In this document: positions 1-9,958 of the stretch, piece after piece | Layout of the letters: each line of letters starts with the position of its first letter | How positions within the stretch are numbered: position 1 is the stretch's first letter | DNA from: Bacillales bacterium | GTDB taxonomy: Bacteria > Bacillota > Bacilli > JARBTR01 | DNA: 53,941 bases | Direction: 5' to 3' | Assembly: GCA_031554215.1 (NCBI GenBank) | Contig: JAVBKF010000121.1 | Coordinates: 1 to 53,941, forward strand | Position numbers and translations under genes: made by a program | Notes under the pieces: model-generated | What the model was told of the DNA's origin: nothing | Seen by the model: only the letters and a program-made list of their open reading frames with translations | The model's database searches: none

Positions 1-304
1 TTGAAACAATGTCGCATTTCTCTCCAAACTCTCTCTTTTTTTAGTCAAAATCATATTCAATTCACTATAGTTTTCACTATTGAATTCCCTTTTATAGCGA
101 AAAACCTGTTCAATCTCTGCTAGTGAAAAGCCAATGAATTTCATCACCTCTAGGTATTGCAAATCCAAAATATCACACTCTGTATAGGCGGTACTTGTTG
201 TCTCCACGCTCTGGGCTAACAAGGCTTAGTTTATCATAGTATCTCAGTGTATCTTTGGATATCTGTAGTTGCTCAGCCACTTGCTGAATAGAATAGTGTT
301 CCAA
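1..304 (-). pseudogene. MerR-family transcriptional regulator, frameshifted near 181; 3' end runs off the window
   Basis: GAGGTG RBS and TTG at 304 give MEHYSIQQVAEQLQISKDTLRYYDKLSLVSPERGDNKYRLYRV*, a MerR HTH. The MerR-like sequence continues in another frame from 180 (ECDILDLQYLEVMKFIGFSLAEI...). Not in the ORF track. Confidence 0.85.
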
Positions 305-324
305 TTAAATCACCTCTTGAAATT

Positions 325-355
325 AATATATCATTGGAGTATACTTCAATGTCAA
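325..355 (-). promoter_or_regulatory. MerR-type promoter with 19-bp spacer and dyad operator
   Basis: Minus strand TTGACA (355-350), 19 bp, TATATT (330-325). The dyad CATTG(A)AGTA|TACT(C)CAATG at 332-351 lies in the spacer. Confidence 0.85.
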
Positions 356-585
356 CTGCCAATCTGAAATTAGACTAGCTGTTTTTTGATTAAAAGGATT
401 GCGCTAAATCACTAGTAAGCCGGAGACAAAGAGCCATTAATATCGCTATTGAATCGCCCCGAGTTTAAGGTCCAGAAAAATTTTTCCGTGTCAATGCTTC
501 CTTCCATTATCTGCGCCTACTCACAGACTGACACCAGAGCACAGATCGAAAAATCCAGACCTTTTCTTCACCTCAAACAAATTGA

Positions 586-614
586 TTGACATTCCTAGTG
601 GACTTCGCTATTCT
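586..614 (+). promoter_or_regulatory. sigmaA promoter for the T-box/trpB transcript
   Basis: TTGACA-17 bp-TATTCT. Confidence 0.7.
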
Positions 615-639
615 TTAGCATAACAATTAAATAAACCAA

Positions 640-917
640 ATCGTTGATTAAGAGTAAGTAGGTATTCATTGATTCATTTCAGAGAGCTGGGGCTTGGTGT
701 GATCCTAGTAAACGACATTGTATACCGAATGGACTTAAGAGAGGTACGCTGAACGTTTAGTAGGCGACACGGGTTCCGCCGTTAAAAGGATGAAGGTATC
801 GAAATCATTTCTGTACCGGAATTGAGAGGTTTTTTGTTGTTCAACAAAAAACAAAAGAGGTGGCACCGCGAATATTCGTCCTCTACATGCACAAGTCATG
901 TAGAGGGCTTTTTTTTC
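640..917 (+). ncRNA. T-box riboswitch with Trp (TGG) specifier
   Basis: AGTA and AGAGA/GGTG stem I motifs; GAA-TGG specifier at 730-732; T-box GGTGGCACCGCG at 859-870; terminator CCTCTACATG/CATGTAGAGG followed by a T-run. Confidence 0.95.
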
Positions 918-949
918 GTCCTCTTCCAAAAATATAAAATCAGGAGGAA

Positions 950-2149
950 ATGATGATGACTTTATACCAATTGAAAGATGGCTATTTTGGAGAGTTTGGC
1001 GGCAGTTATGTTCCTGAATCATTGCAGGAGGCACTGGGACACTTAGAAGCAGCGTTTAACCGATATAAGGATGATCCGATTTTTCAGGAAGAGTATGAAT
1101 ATTACCTAAGGGAGTATGTTGGGCGACCGAATCCTCTCTACCACGCAAAGCGGCTAAGCGAAACGCTTGGCGGAGCAAAAATCTATCTTAAGCGAGAAGA
1201 CTTAAATCACACTGGTGCGCACAAAATCAATAACGTCCTCGGTCAAATCCTCTTAGCAAAAAGGATGGGTGTTAAGCGAATTATCGCTGAAACTGGTGCT
1301 GGTCAACATGGTGTCGCCACTGCTACTGCTTGTGCTTTGTTTGGAATGGCGTGCACGATTTATATGGGCGAAGTTGACACTGAGCGTCAAGCCTTGAATG
1401 TTTTCCGGATGGAACTACTTGGGGCAAAAGTGATTGCTGTCAAGGATGGTGCGCGAACGTTAAAAGAGGCAGTTGACGCGGCACTAGCAGACTACGCTGA
1501 ACATTATGAGCACACATTCTATCTGCTAGGGTCTGCGCTTGGACCAGCACCATACCCAGAAATTGTCCGTCACTTTCAGGCGGTCATTGGTCATGAAGCC
1601 CGCGCACAGCATCTTGAAAAAGAAGGACGTCTACCAGATTATTTAATCGCTTGTGTTGGTGGAGGAAGTAATGCCATCGGACTGTTTGCACCTTTTTACT
1701 TTGACACAGACGTGAAAATGATTGGTGTTGAGCCAGGAGGAAAAGGCATCGAAACTGGCTTACATGCTGCCCCTCTATCAACTGGTGAACCTGGTATTAT
1801 TCATGGTTTCAAATGCTATATGATGAAAGATGAGAACGGCGGGATTGCCGCAGCACACTCGGTCGCTGCGGGTCTCGATTATCAAGGTGTCGGTCCAGAA
1901 CATAGTTTCTATAAAGATAGCGGCAGAGCTGATTACGTGCATGTCACAGACGAAGAAGCCGTTGAAGCTTTTCAGGTATTATCGAAAACGGAAGGGATTA
2001 TTCCTGCACTAGAAAGCGCCCACGCCGTTGCCTACGCCATCAAGTTTGCACCAACACTTTCTAATGATAAGACAATCATCATCAATGTATCTGGTCGTGG
2101 GGATAAAGATGTTGGGCAAGTACTTGATCTCCTAAACAATCAACTATAG
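950..2149 (+). CDS. trpB: Tryptophan synthase beta chain
   Basis: [18 protein letters not shown] lysine motif, [26 protein letters not shown]; AGGAGG RBS (start is one of three consecutive ATGs). Confidence 0.97.
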   Translation: MMMTLYQLKDGYFGEFGGSYVPESLQEALGHLEAAFNRYKDDPIFQEEYEYYLREYVGRPNPLYHAKRLSETLGGAKIYLKREDLNHTGAHKINNVLGQILLAKRMGVKRIIAETGAGQHGVATATACALFGMACTIYMGEVDTERQALNVFRMELLGAKVIAVKDGARTLKEAVDAALADYAEHYEHTFYLLGSALGPAPYPEIVRHFQAVIGHEARAQHLEKEGRLPDYLIACVGGGSNAIGLFAPFYFDTDVKMIGVEPGGKGIETGLHAAPLSTGEPGIIHGFKCYMMKDENGGIAAAHSVAAGLDYQGVGPEHSFYKDSGRADYVHVTDEEAVEAFQVLSKTEGIIPALESAHAVAYAIKFAPTLSNDKTIIINVSGRGDKDVGQVLDLLNNQL

Positions 2150-2167
2150 CCTCTTTTAATCGATACA

Positions 2168-2219
2168 AGCATTTACAGAAATGATCGCTATATCTCGCTC
2201 ATTTCTGTAGATGCTCTTT
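2168..2219. terminator. Hairpin terminator between convergent trpB and HD gene
   Basis: AGCATTTACAGAAATGA / TCATTTCTGTAGATGCT inverted repeat. Confidence 0.7.
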
Positions 2220-2322
2220 CATGCACGATGTTGGCTTTAGGATACCATTTCTAATCAAAGCAGGCGGAGAAAACAACCACAATCCCCTGAGCCGCTTCAG
2301 GCTAAAAATCTACGAGTTTGAT

Positions 2323-2950
2323 TTAGGATTGATAGATCGAATGCAGTATCTGCCAACATCTTTTCTTCACTTCATCTTCAGAACGAAGCATCGTTCTGAT
2401 CGCATCAAGGCGACCAACATTAAATGGTGTGTCGATCCATAACGTCATGTAACCATTTTCTCCGTACTTGTTCATGACATGTTGTAACACCCGTTCGATT
2501 TGTTCCTCAGGGTTTAGCAACGGAAAATGAACCAGCCCATATTGAACTGTTCTTAGAAGAATCGTATCTGGAAACAGGATTCGATCAGCATCTGCAATAA
2601 TCTTGCCATAGAGACTTCTAGGCACCGCTTTCCTTGAAGCACGGTGATCCCCTTCAAGCCTCCTTCATTACAATCATCTCCTGGGCAGAAAACCATTTCT
2701 TCAAGGTAGGATCATTTTCTAGCGCGATCCCAGAATAGTATTCGTGCCTTTCTCTTCCGTGTTCAAGACCGATATCGTGAAAAGCTGCTGCAACCAGCAC
2801 CATGTCCAAATTCACATCGAAGTCCCCGGCAATTGCTAACGCATTATCCATCACTGCACGAGCATGATCTACTAAATGCGCCTGATCAAAAAATTGATAT
2901 CGAGGTAGTATATACCCTTCCAAATAAGTACTTATTTCAGCAGTCACCAT
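2323..2950 (-). pseudogene. HD-domain phosphohydrolase split by a stop/frameshift at ~2650
   Basis: N-part has H..DH and AAFHDIG; C-part has DHRAS..PRSLYGKIIADADR. TGA at 2654-2656, with the continuation in the +1 frame. Confidence 0.8.
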
Positions 2951-3022
2951 TTTACCCTACCACTCCGTTCAGCTTAAATGTCGAAATCGGACACAAGGAC
3001 AACAGAAAAAACGTAAAGGGAT

Positions 3023-3736
3023 TTACCTCTCGTTCAAAACGGTGAAATTTTCGATTCGCTTTTGTTGATCAAAATCAATCTGTAAATCCTGGTCAAAATG
3101 AGCGATAATTGACTGATCTTCCCATTCATACTCAATCTCATTCTGAAAGAGAAAACTTTGAATAAAGAGTTCGTGATTGACTGAAAATTCTTGAACACAT
3201 TGCATCGCTGTACTCACGAAACGCTCAATATCTACTGGCGCGAATACCTCTCTTGTTTCAGGTGAAAAAGCAATAAATACTGCACCACCAACATGTAGTC
3301 CGCGGTAGAAACAAACAGAATCCTCACTCAGTGCAGCGGTGACGATTGCCATATGGTATCCATTTAACCCATCGGTTAAATCGAATTCCGCTGACTGCAT
3401 TGGCTTTAAGCGCCATTCTTCTGCAATGACTTTCATCTGCTCTGCAAGAAGAATCACTTCTTTCGGGAAGCCGTTGATATTCTCCCAGCCCCACAACCAT
3501 GTATTCGATTCACTCGATTCTGAACCGATAAATTGTAATTGGTATTCATCCTGACCAAAGCTGATTGTTCCTGCATCAAAATCAACCTGCCAATCTTGGT
3601 CTTTGACGACAAGCTCAGAACAAACCAATTGATTCGCAAGTATTTTCCCAAGACTCATGGAGAATACATCGAGCCAACTATCCTTTTTAAATTCAATTCC
3701 ACTGCTTAATATTGACCTTTTTTGATACTGCTTCAT
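3023..3736 (-). CDS. Conserved hypothetical protein (DUF6882-like)
   Basis: 237-aa ORF, AGGAG RBS, W.VDF..G.I.F...QFIGS....NTWLWGW.N motif. Confidence 0.65.
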   Translation of the reverse strand: MKQYQKRSILSSGIEFKKDSWLDVFSMSLGKILANQLVCSELVVKDQDWQVDFDAGTISFGQDEYQLQFIGSESSESNTWLWGWENINGFPKEVILLAEQMKVIAEEWRLKPMQSAEFDLTDGLNGYHMAIVTAALSEDSVCFYRGLHVGGAVFIAFSPETREVFAPVDIERFVSTAMQCVQEFSVNHELFIQSFLFQNEIEYEWEDQSIIAHFDQDLQIDFDQQKRIENFTVLNER

Positions 3737-3874
3737 CTATTTCTCCTACTTTCCTCACTGATTTCTACCATCACGATCATGCCTTAAATAGGTTATTTAA
3801 GCCTCCAACTCAGGTTATCTCGCCTTAGCTGCGGGTTCATGATAACTCAATTTGACAGTGCTGTTCTCAAATCT

Positions 3875-4546
3875 TTATTTGATCAATTGTATCTTCGCTA
3901 AATCCCGATTTTCAACAACCCGCTTCGAGTAGCCTTGTTTTGCAATTGTAATCATGGACTTCCCAAGCGTCTCAGTAGTAATCACTAAACTCGGAAATAG
4001 TTTCTTAAAAATCGGAAATATTGGAGTTAGACCAGTATAGACCACGCGGTACAGCTTGGTTTTCGACCTAGCGCCATGTACAGGGAGGATTGCACCTGGT
4101 CTAAGCATATACGCTGACTTGAAGGGTAACGCTAATAAATCATTTTCCGTCTTCCCTTTCACCCTTGCCCACATGATACGACCTTTTTCGGAACTATCCG
4201 TGCTGGCCCCTGAAATATAGAGGAATGTCATACTTGGATTCAAATCTACCAAAGTACGCGCCACCGACATTGTGATATCATAGGTAATCTTTCGATATTC
4301 TTCTTCATTCATTCCTACTGACGAAACACCTAGACAGAAGAAACATGCGTCATATCCGAACAAATCACTTTCAATCGTAGATACCGAGAGAAAATCTTGA
4401 TGAATGATTTCACGTAATTTCTTGTCTGTCTTTCCTGTAGTACTACGCCCAACGACTGTAACCCTATCGATTTCATGATCTAGTAAACATTCTCTAAGTA
4501 CACCTTGGCCAATCATTCCTGTAGCCCCAAATATTATTACTTTCAT
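3875..4546 (-). CDS. NAD(P)-binding Rossmann-fold epimerase/oxidoreductase
   Basis: MKVIIFGATGMIGQG nucleotide-binding motif; GAGGT RBS supports the ATG at 4546. Confidence 0.88.
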   Translation of the reverse strand: MKVIIFGATGMIGQGVLRECLLDHEIDRVTVVGRSTTGKTDKKLREIIHQDFLSVSTIESDLFGYDACFFCLGVSSVGMNEEEYRKITYDITMSVARTLVDLNPSMTFLYISGASTDSSEKGRIMWARVKGKTENDLLALPFKSAYMLRPGAILPVHGARSKTKLYRVVYTGLTPIFPIFKKLFPSLVITTETLGKSMITIAKQGYSKRVVENRDLAKIQLIK

Positions 4547-4890
4547 GTCTACCTCTTTCTTTTCTACTATTTCAAAGGAAATTTCATGATAGAAGAAACC
4601 CCTCACCTCCATTATTACTTTAATTGAAATAACTGTCCAGATGCATCAGCCCATATTAAGTGTAAATGAAATGTTTGTACCAACGATACCTACCAAACAT
4701 TCACCACGCTTGTTTACCATATATCGTAACGGATGATGTTTTCGCCAATAGATAGAAGACTATTTATCACATTTTAATTTTGAATAGATGATGAAATAGA
4801 TTTTTAAACCGCAAAAAATGTATCTATCCCTGTAATGTATGAAATAGATCAACTTCCTTTTATCCCAACTAATCCTATTTGAGAAAGAGC

Positions 4891-4923
4891 AAAAAAAAAA
4901 CTGAGCGGGTACGCTCAGTTTTT
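4891..4923 (-). terminator. Intrinsic terminator of the NlpC/P60 gene
   Basis: AAAAACTGAGCG / CGCTCAGTTTTT with a long T-run on the minus strand. Confidence 0.85.
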
Positions 4924-4938
4924 AAATATTTTATTCAA

Positions 4939-6228
4939 TTAGTATCTTCTAGCGCCCATATATTTTGGTCCCCAGTAGCCACTGTGAAGCGGGTCTACTT
5001 GAACACCAGAATTGGTTGCTGAGATAAATTGCCCATTGCCAGTATAGATTCCAACATGTGAAACGCTTCCACCATTACCGAAGTAAACAATGTCTCCCGG
5101 TGCTAAGTTTTCAACACCTGTTCCACTAGAAGCCATTCCGCCTGATGTTCTTGGTAATGAAATACCTAGCGCATTACGGTAGCAATAACCAACAAATCCA
5201 GAACAATCAAATCCTGCAGGTGTTGTTCCACCATATAGATACGGTGTGCCAATAAACTGCATTGCGTATCCGACAACATCTCCGGCCATTGGAACTGGCT
5301 CATTAGCACTTGATGTTACTGGCGATTTACCAGAAGCATCAGTACTTGATGCAACAACTACTGGAACTTGCAAACCAATATGTTGAACTCTATCAACTTT
5401 TTCAATGTTTGTTACTTCAGATACAAGGTTTCTTGCTACAACAACACCGTTTTCTGTGATGATTTCAAAAGTTTGAGCAACTGAACCGTTTTGTCCTTCA
5501 GTGACAACTTGCACTTGACCTTGCGGTAAATTTTCGTCTCCAACATCAACTGTGTTATAAGGAACCGTTAGTTCAGATACTTCAGTTGTTTTTCCTACGC
5601 GCGTTACATTGACTACCATACCATGTGTTAATGCTGTGTCTACGCTTGGCTCTACTCGATCAAATTCACCTAGCTGGATACCGCTCACTGTTAGAAGCTC
5701 ACCCACTGTTGAAGCAGTTGTTTGGACTTCTTGAACAGCACCACCATCATTAAGTGTTACAGGAAATGCATTCTTAACTTGAATGACCATACCCTCTGAA
5801 ATCGGTGTTTCAATTTTTGGTTCGACTTTATCATAAGGATCTAGCATGATTTCTTTTGATGAAAGAAAACTAGAAACAGTATCTTCTGTTGTCCATACTT
5901 GTGTTTGCACACCGTCTACTAGAAATGAAACTTCTGTAGCTGGCTCCCACTCAATCGTCATCTCATTAGTAACTGCATCTGTTAGTTCAGCACTAAGATA
6001 ATCATGTTCGCCAACTTCTACGCTATTGTCTGTCAGTACTTCTTCCACGCTTGCAGCATGCGTTTGAACAATTCTCTCTTCACCATCAAGTGTGAGCGTA
6101 ATTGTGTTCAATGTAGCAGCATACACGGTTGTTGATAATAACTGTGCACACAATGCGGCTACTACGATAGATACAATCGGCTTTCTCTTCAAAATTTTAA
6201 ATAGTCGACTCATCTTTGTTTTCTGCAT
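4939..6228 (-). CDS. Secreted cell-wall hydrolase: DUF348 repeats + G5 + C-terminal NlpC/P60 peptidase
   Basis: Signal/anchor; three repeats like T.ASTVGELL...GI.LGE.D.V.P; G5-like V.TEGQNG....FEI..ENG; PYLYGGTTPAGFDCSGF and HVGIY catalytic motifs. Confidence 0.88.
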   Translation of the reverse strand: MQKTKMSRLFKILKRKPIVSIVVAALCAQLLSTTVYAATLNTITLTLDGEERIVQTHAASVEEVLTDNSVEVGEHDYLSAELTDAVTNEMTIEWEPATEVSFLVDGVQTQVWTTEDTVSSFLSSKEIMLDPYDKVEPKIETPISEGMVIQVKNAFPVTLNDGGAVQEVQTTASTVGELLTVSGIQLGEFDRVEPSVDTALTHGMVVNVTRVGKTTEVSELTVPYNTVDVGDENLPQGQVQVVTEGQNGSVAQTFEIITENGVVVARNLVSEVTNIEKVDRVQHIGLQVPVVVASSTDASGKSPVTSSANEPVPMAGDVVGYAMQFIGTPYLYGGTTPAGFDCSGFVGYCYRNALGISLPRTSGGMASSGTGVENLAPGDIVYFGNGGSVSHVGIYTGNGQFISATNSGVQVDPLHSGYWGPKYMGARRY

Positions 6229-6286
6229 GCATTAATCCCCCAACAAACTTTTTTGTTATTCTACTACTTTTTTAAATACAAGATTT

Positions 6287-6341
6287 ATTATAGAGACTTT
6301 GTGTTACGAGAATAGTTCGCTAATGTTACATTTTCATTACA
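6287..6341 (-). promoter_or_regulatory. WalR box upstream of a promoter with a weak -35
   Basis: Minus strand TGTAAT-N5-TGTAAC (6341-6325) matches the WalR consensus TGTWAH-N5-TGTWAH; TATAAT at 6292-6287. Confidence 0.8.
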
Positions 6342-7464
6342 ATAGTAAATAAGCACTTGACTGCCTGCTAGTTAGATTTGAGAATCAACTTGCAAATAGG
6401 CCTTACAATCCTTTATCCATCAGCAACCCTCGTTGATTACTGACCCAGTTTCCCTGATGAATTCAATACTAGCGATTGCTTTTCTTCTATTTATATGAAG
6501 GCATTTACTAGGTTAGACGCTCTGCCTTCCTTACTATAGCAACATAGATGGAAAAGATAAAGTCATAAGTACTGTGAGACTAGTACCCTTATTTCTATTT
6601 GGACTCAGTGCATCAATTGGGTTCAGCGGAGATGCTTTAAGCGCTGGCGTTAGTCCAAAAGCAATCCCAGTGACTGCTGTGAAGTTAAGACTTCCTATAT
6701 CCGGTAGGGTAGATCGACTATTGGGGAACCCGAAAAGACGTGTGAATAGTTTCCTAGGTCCTCTTCTGCTTATAAATAGAATTCCTGAAAATCGTCATTT
6801 ACCTCCGTCAACATGTGGGATTTAGTTCGACCTTTTATCCGTCTCAGATCAAAAGTGGGAATATTTTTTTCATGAATTTGCTTTTCTAGAATGACAGTGA
6901 CATTTCTACACGCTCGAATTATTTCACATGCATTATAAAATTGTATTATCTGCGTTCAAACGCTAGTAAGCGAGAAGATCGAAACCAACTAGCAACTAAC
7001 TTGACCGACCTAAGCATAATTTAATCAATCATACAGCCTCGACACAGTCTAATTACCGTGCACTCAATTGTACTAGTGTTGTCGATGTGGGCAGTCTACT
7101 ATGTGATCCAACCTATTTTGCTTTCATAATGGTTTATCTGTTACAAAAAATTCCTATTCACATTTTTCCAGCATAAACGCGAACATAGACACGCTCCATG
7201 CACCGGTAGGCTATCAGTGATGTTTGCCATTTGAGCACTAACACAAATCACCTGTAGGCATTAAATGATGGATTCTGAGAAAATACGAGTATAATATCGT
7301 ATTATGGGACTACGAAAATAGCTTCATATCAGCAGGATGACAACAGGCTTAAAGTACACAAAGAATTCAACCACCTTAAAGCGCTAGCAGTACAGCACTC
7401 GTGAACTCAGGTCATCAAACAGCACGAAAATTTTCGTAGTAGCCAAATAAAAAATAAGGAGGTC

Positions 7465-8121
7465 ATGAAAATGTCCATTAAAATCAAACTATATTCCGAC
7501 TTTGTTTGCCCATTTTGTGTCATCGCAAAGAAGCCACTATTTGAGGCAGCAGCCGGTAAGGATGTCATCATTGAATGGATGCCCTATGAACTCTCACCGC
7601 AGAATACACCAGCTCATTCAACAAAATCTGACTACATCCGTAAGGAATGGTTCAGTGGCGTTGTGCCACTCGCTGAACGCTTTGGTGTTACGTTATCAAT
7701 GCCCTGGGATATTGATCCGATTCCAAAGACACAACTCGCCCACGAGGGCTATCAATTTGCAAAACAATCGGACAAGGGCTGGGCATACATTCAAGCAGTT
7801 AGCGATGCTTACTGGCTGAATGGGCTCGATATCAGCAACCAAACAGTGTTAGAGGACGTCGCAAGTAGCTGCGGCCTCGACCAAGTAGCGTTTAGTAAAG
7901 CGCTAACAGAGAGAACTTTTCAAACAACGCATGAGAAACTACTCTACCACGCCTTGATCGAGGAAGACATTCAGGCTGTCCCAACAGTCATCATTGGCAA
8001 TCAGCATGTTACTGGTTTGCAATCTAAGCAAACCTACGAACAACTGATCTCGAATGCAATCGCCAATGTCAGTAGTGGTCCACACTGCTCAGACGACCAA
8101 TGTGATATTACAGCAGAATAA
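7465..8121 (+). CDS. DsbA/FrnE-family thiol-disulfide oxidoreductase
   Basis: YSDFVCPFC, AVPT cis-Pro motif, C-terminal CxxxxC tail; AAGGAGG RBS (start may be 7471). Confidence 0.88.
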   Translation: MKMSIKIKLYSDFVCPFCVIAKKPLFEAAAGKDVIIEWMPYELSPQNTPAHSTKSDYIRKEWFSGVVPLAERFGVTLSMPWDIDPIPKTQLAHEGYQFAKQSDKGWAYIQAVSDAYWLNGLDISNQTVLEDVASSCGLDQVAFSKALTERTFQTTHEKLLYHALIEEDIQAVPTVIIGNQHVTGLQSKQTYEQLISNAIANVSSGPHCSDDQCDITAE

Positions 8122-8267
8122 TCTAGACAAAAAGCTTGCCCAACTGTATTCCTAAAGGATTATCCTCTAGGCGTAGTGGCAAGCTTTTTAATGGAATGGA
8201 TGATTAGCAGTAAATACAAAGCGAACGATGTAATAGTGATGATAGGGCAGAACGCGTACCAAACGAC

Positions 8268-8792
8268 TTAGTCATCTAATACAATATTCTCCTGCTCCAT
8301 CTCTAATACCTGACCAGTATTTGCATCAATCTCAATCGAGGTCTTGATGTTGTCCGTCATCACATCAATCTCATACTGACTTATCCCATCATCAATCACA
8401 TGCTCGAAGGAAACGATATCACCGCCATCAGCATTTTCTTGCGCAATTATTTGAGCCGCCTCAGGCGTTATCACGGGGTTTGAATTTGGCTTCGCCTCAA
8501 ACAGTTCATCTGAATCTCGCTCTACATCTATTTTCTCACTCATAATGACACCCGTTTCTGCATTAACCAAAAGTGATTTCTCTGCTTCTTTATCAACAAG
8601 ATCCATATCGTACTGATCTGCTGCAATCGCATTCTCTTCCAGTTCAATACCTGTCACAATCCCATTTGTCTTCTCTTCCACTTTCATGATCGCTTCCTCT
8701 TTCGGCATCAGTTCATCGTTTGAGCAACCACTTAGTCCGGTAGCAAACCCGGCTATTGCTAGACTTACCACCAAACTTCTACTATTCCTCAT
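8268..8792 (-). CDS. PepSY-domain lipoprotein
   Basis: AAGGAGGT RBS before ATG 8792; lipobox LSGC; two PepSY-like repeats ending VNAETGVI and IDANTGQV. Confidence 0.82.
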   Translation of the reverse strand: MRNSRSLVVSLAIAGFATGLSGCSNDELMPKEEAIMKVEEKTNGIVTGIELEENAIAADQYDMDLVDKEAEKSLLVNAETGVIMSEKIDVERDSDELFEAKPNSNPVITPEAAQIIAQENADGGDIVSFEHVIDDGISQYEIDVMTDNIKTSIEIDANTGQVLEMEQENIVLDD

Positions 8793-9088
8793 AATAAAAT
8801 ACCTCCTTAGATTACTGATAGTTTCCCCCCCGAAAACGCCAAAGTCCAAAGTTGAACCGGGCTCTTAAGCGCCAAATTAATTTGTGCCGAATAAATGTTT
8901 GAAACTGCTTATCCTATGGTGCACGATATACCAATTGTCTTCAGGGGGGCAACTTAGATTACATCCATTCCTATCATATCATCTGGTAGTCAACATTTTC
9001 CACCCTATTTTTACCTGATAAAAAAGGCGCACCGCAGGTCTGTCACAATGACAACCACTGGGTACGCCCATCTAAATTCACATAACAG

Positions 9089-9958
9089 TTAGAAAGAAGA
9101 ATCAACCTTAATGCGGCCGTTATCAACACTAAGCTTCACGAGTACACTGCCGTTACCAATTATTGTATCATCATGATATTGATCAAAAATATCGACACTG
9201 CCATTATCTGATTCAACATCAAACCGCACATCTGTTGGCTCAATTTCAGTATTAATCACAATTTCACCATTATCCGATACGAAATCCATCGCTTGCGTAA
9301 TCTCTTCTACATTGACAACAATCCGTCCATTATCAACAGAACCAGACAATTCTCCAGTCACATTATTGAGTTCAATAGCACCATTCTCAGATTCTGCCTT
9401 GATTTTTTCAGAAGTGATGTTATTGGCCTCAACTTTTCCGTTATCTGCTTCAAAAGTAGCCAATTTTGTATGCAGATTACTGGCTTCAACTCGGCCATTA
9501 TTCGTTGCAATATTAACATTTGTTGCCGTAAATCCATCGATATCAACAAAACCATTACCTTGGGTAATTGAAATTGATTGATATTCTTTCTCTGGCAGAT
9601 ACACCTTCAATGTCAATGGGTGAAGCAAATCACGGAAATTCACATCAAACCAGCCATTTTTAGGTTTGTACTCAATCACTAATTTTCCATTTGCAGTTGT
9701 TAGTTTCACATCTTCCGCTTCCCCATCTGTCGTACCACCAACAAGTTCAGTACGCACTTCGCTATCCGCTGACGGGATTACCTCAAGCTGCACATCATTT
9801 GTATTCATCACGACATCCGTGAAACCATCATCAGGAATCGTATTCTTCACCGAAACCTCTTCATATTTAAAGTAGGCCCCAGCCGTCATTGACGTACCAA
9901 TCAGACCAATCATAAGCGTAACTAGTGCAATAGCAGATAATAGTTTAATTTTATTCAT
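9089..9958 (-). CDS. DUF4097 beta-strand repeat protein, copy 1
   Basis: N-terminal TM; repeated .DNG.I/V. motifs; third gene of the PadR operon. Confidence 0.85.
   Translation of the reverse strand: MNKIKLLSAIALVTLMIGLIGTSMTAGAYFKYEEVSVKNTIPDDGFTDVVMNTNDVQLEVIPSADSEVRTELVGGTTDGEAEDVKLTTANGKLVIEYKPKNGWFDVNFRDLLHPLTLKVYLPEKEYQSISITQGNGFVDIDGFTATNVNIATNNGRVEASNLHTKLATFEADNGKVEANNITSEKIKAESENGAIELNNVTGELSGSVDNGRIVVNVEEITQAMDFVSDNGEIVINTEIEPTDVRFDVESDNGSVDIFDQYHDDTIIGNGSVLVKLSVDNGRIKVDSSF

Noticed and set aside
449-460. ATTGAATCGCCC also found at ~33442
   Set aside because: 12-bp matches are expected by chance in 54 kb and the flanks diverge quickly.
735-1034. 99-aa minus-strand ORF
   Set aside because: Antisense to the T-box and trpB start; no recognisable motifs.
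6755-6807. Minus-strand GGAGGT + 14-codon ORF MTIFRNSIYKQKRT
   Set aside because: RBS-ATG spacing is only 2 nt.
6574-6825. 83-aa + strand ORF
   Set aside because: No RBS and no family motif; it overlaps the candidate RNA fold.
6590-6850. c-di-AMP (ydaO) riboswitch for the cell-wall hydrolase
   Set aside because: Only a CGCTGAA fragment is present; the other motifs are missing, and the gene has its own promoter at ~6290.
7386-7398. AGCAGTACAGCAC shared with 31297-31309
   Set aside because: A single 13-mer match is within chance expectation.
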